A DNA stretch of 64,000 nucleotides from Octopus vulgaris. Lineage: Eukaryota. The stretch is from contig OX597815.1 in assembly GCA_951406725.2 (NCBI GenBank), positions 60,140,001-60,204,000 on the forward strand. The letters are read 5' to 3'. Positions 55,338-64,000 of the stretch are shown piece by piece (positions within the stretch are counted from its first letter, which is position 1; each line of letters opens with the position of its first letter). Position numbers and translations under genes: made by a program. The notes under the pieces are model-generated. The model ran no database searches. It was not told the DNA's origin and saw only the letters and a list, made by a program, of their open reading frames with translations.

Positions 55338-56850
55338 TTTAATGAACATTTAATGAACATTGGAGAGAACTTAAAGAAGGAAAGACCTCATCGATTCTAT
55401 AACAACACGCCGAGCAGGAACACGGGGGATCAATCAACAACATAGAAGTTAAAATCTTGTCCATACATAGAACAGACGCAACAATCAGACAAGTTACGGA
55501 AGCTACACACATAATAGAAGATAAACCTAGCCTGAATAGGAAACTGGAATGGAACACTAGCACACACCACAACATATGACAGAAGAGGATCCCCATAAAC
55601 TGGTTACAATATAAACAAAACTGAAAACATAATAAAATAAAATAAGATACACTGATAAATAAACAAATGGAAGTAAATAACTATATACGCACGTAACACG
55701 CACGTAAGCGCACACACGCACGTAAGCGCACACACGCACACAAGCACACGCACGCACATTACGCCCACACAACTCCCAAAAAAACCCTACACACACGCAT
55801 GCACAAATTCACATACACACCGATACATATACATACACACAATATATGCCTACACGCGCACACACATATACACATACGTATACACATATAGACACAAACA
55901 CACACACACACACACACGCACACAAAACCATGCGCACACATACGCACGCACACACGCACACGAATGCACACACCTAACACTCACAACCCCACGGATACAC
56001 GTATATACACCCATATACGCTTACACACACATACAAACGCACACGTACACGCACACACAACTACACGCACATACACACACACACAAATGAACCCACACAT
56101 ACATCCCATACACTCGGCACATAATTATACATACACGCACACAATTATACATACATGTGTACACACATACGCACGTACAAGCACACACGCACACATACAC
56201 TAAGTAAAGCACAGTTATTGGCCACATACCCAAAATCTACGCATACACACACGAACACACACATACATACACACACACACAATACAAACAAAACACACAC
56301 ATGATACATATACATACACGCACACACACATACTTCAAACTAGCAGTGCCTACTACTGACTTGGGTAGAGACAAAAAGAGCCACTCCCAATTCCTTCTTC
56401 CTTGACCTTAAACAATACTAAGCCCTACAACACGCAAAGATTAACAGCCACAACCACACACACTTACACACACAGACGCACACACACACGTGTTATCATT
56501 GCACACATACACACATATACACACACGCACACGCCTTCGCGCACGCACATATCCACACTTACACACACATACCTCCTCCTGCACTCTCCTGTCTTTGAAA
56601 GAACTTTTCTTTACCCATTTCCTTTCGGTCATTCAAAATGTGGCCGCGTGTGTACCGTTGGCAATTTTTTTTCCTCTGTCTTCCCTTCTCTGGATATTTC
56701 CTTCTCCTATATTTCCGACGAAGTGCTCCGCCCGAAACATTAAACCCTCCTTCTTCCCTTCCTTCCTGAGCGTCCAATAATACTATATTTGTTCCACGTC
56801 CTCGCGTTGTTGTGTTTTCTCTTTGTGTTTTCATGTTTGGATTAACTTTA
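55338..56850 (+). mobile_element. PLE 3' remnant: GIY-YIG C-terminus, CA-rich UTR, decayed hammerhead
   Basis: Reads EHWRELKEGKTSSIL*QHAEQEH..VKIL..IRQVTEATHIIEDKPSLNRKLEW. Hammerhead-like ttt-CCGACGA..GAAAC-att-aaa at 56712-56744. Confidence 0.6.
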
Positions 56851-56913
56851 AATAACTATATAGGTTTTTTTTAAATTTAATTTTAAAAAAATTTTTACTT
56901 TTTAAAAATTTAC

Positions 56914-56985
<72 letters not shown>

Positions 56986-57510
56986 GTTGTTGTTGTTGTT
57001 ATCATTATTATTATTATTATTTTTATTACTAGTATTGTTGTTATACATACATACATACATACATACATACATACATACATACATACATACAAACATACGT
57101 AATAATAATGATAATAATAATAATAATAAGCGGATGTAAACACATAAGCAAAATAAGAATAAACAAAAACAAAAACAAATTACACGAACGTATATAAACA
57201 GAAGATACAAATATTACAGGCATTCTTCCCCCACACACACTAACTAAACATAGACGCACATATACGCATACGCAAATGAAGACATATACAATAGAAATAC
57301 AAAATGGTTGACGGTTAGTAAGGAGAGACACAAATAAGACAGAAGAAAGCAAAGGACCACTGATGCGGTCACAGGAGTGTGGCAAAAGAACTTTGGCTGA
57401 AATAAGATTAAGTTTAATGTAAAAAATAAATAACACTGAAGCAAAGTAACACAAAATATATAGTGCGTATGTTTTTATTGGCTAAACTGGCAAAATGACC
57501 ATTCCGAAAT

Positions 57511-57569
<59 letters not shown>

Positions 57570-57602
57570 GTATGTATGTATGTATGTATATGTATATGCA
57601 TG

Positions 57603-57633
<31 letters not shown>

Positions 57634-57640
57634 ATGTATA

Positions 57641-57685
<45 letters not shown>

Positions 57686-57724
57686 TGATCAAAATAAAAA
57701 TAAAAACATGAGGCGAAGGATTCA

Positions 57725-57802
57725 GCGGTACATATGTTTCGGGCCTTTATTAGACAGATTTATAACAAAGCATAATGTATGTCTGTGGCCTTCTTCAGCC
57801 GC
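57725..57802 (-). ncRNA. Type I hammerhead ribozyme, intact core
   Basis: Minus strand: gcgg-CTGAAGA-aggcc...ggccc-GAAAC-atat-GTA-ccgc. Confidence 0.75.
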
Positions 57803-57999
57803 GCACAACAGCTTCCACAAGGACATGTGTTACATCAAAAATTCTTGGTTGGGGATGCAAATCCTCTCGTTCACGTACGACATAATGCGGCAGCAGCATA
57901 GAATTTTTATTCATGTTTTTATTTTGATCAATTTACTCCACCACCTACACCACCAAACGGTATACACAGGTGCTTATAATTATCAAGTACTCACCCCGA

Positions 58000-58047
<48 letters not shown>

Positions 58048-58085
58048 GAATGGAGTCGAACGAAGCTTTTAACAAAATTCCTTTA

Positions 58086-58168
58086 CTTTCAACACATGTT
58101 TCGAAGACTGCATATTCTTAATTCCGAAGGAATAAAGGGTGCATTATGCCGTCTTCTCATCAGGAAAG
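58086..58168 (-). ncRNA. Type I hammerhead ribozyme (mirror copy of 60880-60962)
   Basis: Reverse complement of ctttc-CTGATGA-gaagac..gtcttc-GAAAC-atgt-GTT-gaaag. Confidence 0.8.
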
Positions 58169-58829
58169 ACAAGGAACCTCTATCAGCCTCAAGACGGACA
58201 AAAACTTTTTATGGCTTCCTACATGGTATTCACAGTGATAATGAGTGTTTTTTAAAAAACCGTTATAAGCAATGACGTCAAAATATGTTGGAAAGAGGAA
58301 GTTATGAAAATAAGAAGGGGACAGTATGCATGCTGTATGTATGTGGATACGGAGGTGTTTGCTCTGGTTAATGAGTTTGATTGCTTATGTGTGTGTATGA
58401 GTGTGTGTATATAACTGCATTTATGTCTATGTATATGTGTATGTGTAATTATGTGTGTGTTGGGGACAATTGTCAAATAAATATAGCGGTCAGGTGAGAA
58501 ATTTGTGTCTGTGTGTTTGATTGAGCGTATATTGTTGTCCTTAAGACGCCAAACTAATTTACTTAGTCCTGTACTTTGTTGTTTTCTCTTATCTCGGAAC
58601 GTTGAATAATGATTGGAAATTCTCTGGGATAATCTGGAAGTTGTTGCACCAATATAGAAGAAGACATCGGTACCGGTAGAAATTCTACACTGGTAAATGG
58701 AATTTTTAATTTTGGAGTTACTGGACAAGAAACTTAATCTGTTAGGGTTTACTTCCGAGATCAAGACGGAGTTATTATTAATATGATTGCTGTTTATATT
58801 ACTGCAAGTATTAACCAGTACACTATTTC

Positions 58830-58986
<157 letters not shown>

Positions 58987-60879
58987 TGTATTACAACCGG
59001 CAATATTCCTGGCAATAGAAATGTTGTTGTTGATACCATCAACACTACCATTGTTATTAACCCGACTAGTACTGTTATTAATAATATCATTGCTAACACT
59101 AACGTTGCTACGAATGTTGCTACTATCAATACTATTTCTATTATTATTATTGTATGTTTGGTTGGAATTGATAAGAATAGTGTTGGATCTTCCGGGTGAA
59201 GAATCTTTGTTTAGCAGCTTGTTATTATGGGAAGCGATAATTTGTGAAAGATTTCTAGTGTTAGAGAATGCAATTCTCACCTTATGTGAATTTATAATAG
59301 AACAATACCTAGAATTCGTGGGAAAGTTCCTAGCCACGGCTTCACGGAACTGTAAAGGAAGGTTCGATTTGATTTGTTTTCCGAAAGGTATAACAAACCA
59401 GATATAGTTTTTTGTAGATTTAGAATTGCTCATAGGGTTACTATTCACAGTAAAGGGAAAATTGCTGTGGTGTAAATTTGGGGTTGGGTGTTGATTGCCA
59501 CCCCAGGTCCGTAAATTATTTTTCTTATGTACAGAGGTGCCGACGTAGTTAGAACTAAAGCCATTATTCTCACTATTCCTATTGTTATTAGTTTTCTTAT
59601 TCTGGGAAATATATATTGGATTAGAATGGGCTGGGTCGATGTATGATACTTTATTTCTATAACCGGCTTTTGACAAGACGACGTTATAAAATTCAGCTTT
59701 TTTGTTAAAGATGTCAACATTAGCAGATAATTTTGACAGTCTTAAAGAAATATTTTAAATTAAATTATCGGTAATTGTTTTGGCATGATTACTGATAATG
59801 CTGATATATTTAAGATTAGTAGAAGGCTTATTGTAAGGGAAGTACGAATTATTTTGCAGATTTAGGGTAATGTCTAAGAAGTTGGCTTTAGTCAATTCAT
59901 CATCAATAATATAAACAGCAGTCATATCAATAATAACTCCGTCTTGATCTCGGAAGTAAACCCTAACAGATTAAGTTTCTTGTCCAGTAACTCCAAAATT
60001 TAAAATTCCATTTACCAGTGTAGAATTTCTACCGGTACCGATGTCTTCTTCTATATTGGTGCAACAACTTCCAGATTATCCCAGAGAATTTCCAATCATT
60101 ATTCAACGTTCCGAAATAAGAGAAAACAACAAAGTACAGGACTAAGTAAATTAGTTTGGCGTCTTAAGGACAACAATATAACTTTCAAGCTGAATTGGTC
60201 CATATTGTCTGTATCCTTTCCTTTTGATAAGGGCAGGAAATTTTGCGGAATTTGTAATTCCGAGCTCTTCTATATCATTTTCGCCAAGTTCCCCTTGGTT
60301 AACACATTAATAGGAAAATCCTATAAGTGTAAGCACTGGCATAAACACACTTTCCATTCATATAAATGATAAATGATATAGATAGCTTCTCTGTTTTAGT
60401 AATTAATTTCACGTCTCTTTTATGTCTACTCCGTTGCATAAAACAATAATACTAAATGTCACTAGCGTATGTTTATCTCTTCCTCTCTCCCTCTCCCCCT
60501 CTCTCTCTCTCCCTCTCTATCTCTGTCATATGCTCAATCAAACACACAGATACAATTTTTCACCTTACCGCCATATTTATTTGACAATTGTCTCCAACAC
60601 ACACATAATTACACATACACATATACATAGACATAAATGCAGTTATATACACACACATAAGCAATCAAACTCATTAACCAGAGCAAACACCTCCGTATCC
60701 ACATACATACAGCATGCATACTGTCCCCTTCTTATTTTCATAACTTCCTCTTTCCAACATATTTTGACGTCATTGCTTATAACGGTTTTTTTCAAAAACA
60801 CTCATTATCACTGTGAACACCATGTAGGAAGCCATAAAAAAAGTTTTTGTCCGTCTTGAGGCTGATAGAGGTTCCTTGT

Positions 60880-60962
60880 CTTTCCTGATGAGAAGACGGC
60901 ATAATGCACCCTTTATTCCTTCGGAATTAAGAATATGCAGTCTTCGAAACATGTGTTGAAAG
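60880..60962 (+). ncRNA. Type I hammerhead ribozyme, intact core
   Basis: Stem I ctttc/gaaag; CTGATGA at 60885-60891; stem II gaagac-g-gcata/tatgc-a-gtcttc; GAAAC at 60946-60950; short palindromic stem III; GUU site. Confidence 0.82.
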
Positions 60963-60987
60963 TAAAGGAATTTTGTTAAAACATTTA

Positions 60988-61734
60988 GAAGACGATACAA
61001 AAAACACGGACGGGACATTCGAAGCCTTCAATCTTCAGTCAAGAACCGGATCATCCTCGCAATTTCAGCTGATTAATCTTGAGATCGCTCCGATCCGGCC
61101 AGCCCCAAGGAAAAACTAAGCTACGAGCATTAGATTTCTTGGAAAAAGGATCGAATGTATACGAAACAGAGACAGAAAAACGGACGATGCCACACGAATA
61201 TAAATACAGAAAGCAATAATAGTAATAACAGGACAAAAACAGCGGGTGTCTTACGACTATAGATAGGACAACTTAGTTTAGCTGGCGTATTTGTAAAAAA
61301 TGCCTTTTTCGGCAGACGAAGAAAACGATGTTCTCATGGCGGTGGTCGGTGAGAGGAGAAGAGAGAGGAAAAATGGGGGCAAAGTAATCAAAGAGAGAGA
61401 GAGAGAGAAAAAGAGGGACAAAGGCACCAAAGAGGGGAGAAGAGAGAAAGAAGGAATTAAAGAGGGGAAAAGAAAGAGAGCGCGCCAAGGATTGGCTTGG
61501 CGACAGAATCAGTGAGGGAGTGGGAGAAGAGGAGACCAAAGAATCAGAGGCGAGAAAAGTGAAAAGGAGGAGGAGAAGAGAGAGAGAGAAAAAGAGACAG
61601 ATCAAAGTGGAGTGCAAAGTGTGAAAGGCAGAGAAATGTAGGCGAGGGGGGAGAGAGAAACAGTGTTATAGAGTCGTACCAAATTTAAAGAAATATGTAC
61701 TTACATATCAGACCAAAAGGGTACGGGCGCCGCT

Positions 61735-61740
<6 letters not shown>
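60988..61740. mobile_element. Non-coding ~750 bp repeat related to 15555-16257
   Basis: Same shared blocks as 15555-16257; ends at (TA)n. Confidence 0.65.
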
Positions 61741-61782
<42 letters not shown>

Positions 61783-61944
61783 GTGTGTGTGATTGTGTAT
61801 AGAAGAATATATTAATAAAAAGAATTCCAACCTTGTCTGATTTTCACGTTTTATTTACAATCTTATAATGATATATTATAAGATAATATATTATAATTGA
61901 ATAAGATAAAATGAAATAGTAGAATGTTAAATATTCATTCTGAT

Positions 61945-61989
61945 TGAACTAGTACTTTCATGCATTGAATTCTGCAATCTTCGGGTTCA
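61945..61989 (-). ncRNA. Minimal type I hammerhead with variant core (CCGAAGA) in the PLE 3' region
   Basis: Minus strand: tgaac-CCGAAGA-ttgca[gaattcaa]tgcat-GAAAG-ta-CTA-gttca. Confidence 0.6.
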
Positions 61990-62484
61990 TGTAGTAGTGT
62001 TGACAGTCATGCTTCACAATTTTTGACTTTAGCAAGATGATTGATTCTGTGCTATAAATACAGCTGGGAGAGGCTCCAGAGTGCTAGGTTTTGCAAACTG
62101 TATTCTGACCAATCAGTGTGTAGTATCACTCAATTACTTAAGCTGATTGGTTGGTTGAGCTGATTGGTTTAGGCATCACGCTTTGTTGGACATGTCAAGA
62201 GTCCTGTATCTTGACCCTGGCCGAAGCAGCAATTGTTGAGTTATTTTTAGAAATGTTGTAAATATCCTTTGTCAGAGATTTTTATATTTTTATATTTCAA
62301 TTGTCATCATCATCATTGTCAGCACCTTAATTATTGTTGCTAGTGGTGATGGTGGTGGCAATAGAATTTTTAACCCTAAATAAGATAATTTTCCTGCTAT
62401 CTTCATCTTGATCACCTTTAGTATTGTTGTTGTTGTTAGTGGTCATGGTCGTAGCAGTGGAAGTAATACCTCTAAGTATTATTA

Positions 62485-64000
62485 TTATTGCTTATTTAGC
62501 TTGGGTTCGAATTTATCAATAAAATTCTTTTCTCTGATTTTCCTCTCGATTTCACTTGGGCTGTGTAATTTGTAGAATGGAAATATTATATATATTTTCC
62601 GACCACATGTTGCTAGGTGGTTACTCAAAGGTATCTGACGGACCTCTGGGTCTCTAATCTGTTGCCGGTGTACACGTGAGCGTTCTAATAGTGCGTTTCC
62701 CGTCTGACCTACATATATTTCTTCACAATTTGGGCATTTGATGCAGTAAATTAAATTTCTGCTTTTGCAGTTCATATTCGCGTTTGTGAATATTTTCCCG
62801 GTTTTTGTGTTTATATATTGACCGGTATGTATGAATTGGCATGTGCCACATCGGCTATCATTGCATTTAGATACCGTGAATGTTTGGTCTTTGTTGCTGA
62901 GGTCAAATTTTGCCTTTGTTAGTAATGTTTTCAAGTTTTTAGGCTGTCTTTTACTAAGCACCATAGCTCGATCCTTGATTATGTCTTTTAATTCATTACT
63001 TTGGGCAATGATTGGTAGGTTTGCTTTGGCAATGTTGAAGATATTCTGGTGACATGGGTTGTGTGTCACTATGAATGGTATGACTTGTTCTTGTTTTCCT
63101 CTTCCTTGGGTTGTCCTAAGTTGTTGTATGGCTATTTTTATAGCCCGCTGTATGCCATTTTCTATAAGTAGAGATGGGTATTTTTGTTTGAGCAAAAATT
63201 CTCTTAGTTCTATTAGGCGTTTGTTCCTGATATTTGCATCTTCTACAATAGTACAAATTCTTCTGGCTAGGCAGTATGGGATGTTACGTTTTGTATGTGG
63301 TGGATGGCACGACTTAAAATTTAGGTATTGATGTGTGTCTGTGTGTTTATAGTATATATCTGTGGTGATGGTGGTGTCTTTTTTAATTACCATTATATCC
63401 AAGAATGGTAATTTGGTACTACTTATCTCCTTTGTAAATTGGAGAGATGGGTGTAGGTTGTTCAGGATGATATTGAACTCTTCCAGAGTATTTAGAGATT
63501 CTGTCCAGATTATGAAACAGTCGTCTAGGTATCTCTTCCATGCCTTTTCAATATACTTTCTAAATCCAGTGCCATAGTTTACCCCCACCTCTTGGTAGAG
63601 TTGTTCTTCTAAGTATCCCATTACAGAGTTGGCGTAAACGGGAGCAAACCTCGTTCCCATCGCCGTGCCTCTAATTTGGATGTAATTCTTTCCATTGAAG
63701 AAGAATGTGTTATTTTCTAGAATAAGTTTGACTGTGTCTAATATAAATGGCACTGTGAATCTGCTGGGAATCACTTCTCTATGTTTTTCTAACCAGTATT
63801 TAATCGCCTTTATTCCTAAATCGTGTGGAATATTGGTGTAGAGGCTTACCACATCAAAACTTAGTAAAACTGAATTTGTTTCTGTCGTTTTGGGAAGATG
63901 GGACAGGAAGTCGATGTCATCCCTGATGAAACTTGGTATGTAAGTACATAGTGGTTTCAAAACAATGTCAATTAAATTGCTTAGACGGTGTGTAGGGCAT
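62485..64000 (-). CDS. Penelope-like element polyprotein (RT + GIY-YIG endonuclease); frame open to the window edge
   Basis: Motifs SFDVVSLYTNIP, GTAMGTRFAP, RYLDD, LPFLDI, KCNDSRCGTC and LIYCIKCPNCEEIYVGQT. No stop from 64000 (CPTHRLSNLIDIVLKPL) to 62485. The 3' UTR extends to ~61790. Confidence 0.95.
   Translation of the reverse strand, partial: CPTHRLSNLIDIVLKPLCTYIPSFIRDDIDFLSHLPKTTETNSVLLSFDVVSLYTNIPHDLGIKAIKYWLEKHREVIPSRFTVPFILDTVKLILENNTFFFNGKNYIQIRGTAMGTRFAPVYANSVMGYLEEQLYQEVGVNYGTGFRKYIEKAWKRYLDDCFIIWTESLNTLEEFNIILNNLHPSLQFTKEISSTKLPFLDIMVIKKDTTITTDIYYKHTDTHQYLNFKSCHPPHTKRNIPYCLARRICTIVEDANIRNKRLIELREFLLKQKYPSLLIENGIQRAIKIAIQQLRTTQGRGKQEQVIPFIVTHNPCHQNIFNIAKANLPIIAQSNELKDIIKDRAMVLSKRQPKNLKTLLTKAKFDLSNKDQTFTVSKCNDSRCGTCQFIHTGQYINTKTGKIFTNANMNCKSRNLIYCIKCPNCEEIYVGQTGNALLERSRVHRQQIRDPEVRQIPLSNHLATCGRKIYIIFPFYKLHSPSEIERKIREKNFIDKFEPKLNKQ

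Noticed and set aside
59910-60369. Selenoprotein-type PLE (in-frame UGA at Cys positions)
   Set aside because: The conserved Cys codons are TGC/TGT and the internal stop is TAA.

Overview
AT-rich, microsatellite-dense animal genomic DNA with no recognisable host gene. The SINE families and the retroelement mix look like an octopus (cephalopod) genome; this is an inference from recognising the repeats, not a search result. The window is mostly transposon debris. It contains R4/Dong-type non-LTR fragments sitting in (TAA)n, CR1- and RTE-type LINE fragments, and several Penelope-like elements (PLEs) bounded by (TA)n, one with an unbroken RT + GIY-YIG frame running off the window end. It also holds two mariner remnants, a hAT MITE, non-autonomous Helitrons, two tRNA-type SINE families and a ~550 bp non-coding repeat in four copies. 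The most notable signal is RNA structure. I read four type I hammerhead ribozymes with an intact core (two are mirror copies), several with mutated cores, and a series of fold-back (inverted-repeat) structures, two of them centred inside a hammerhead helix. Other points of interest are a circularly permuted non-coding element pair, an ORF1-only LINE with a 16 bp target-site duplication, and local templated duplications. Most ORFs in the supplied track are microsatellite read-throughs. Coordinates of degraded elements are approximate.
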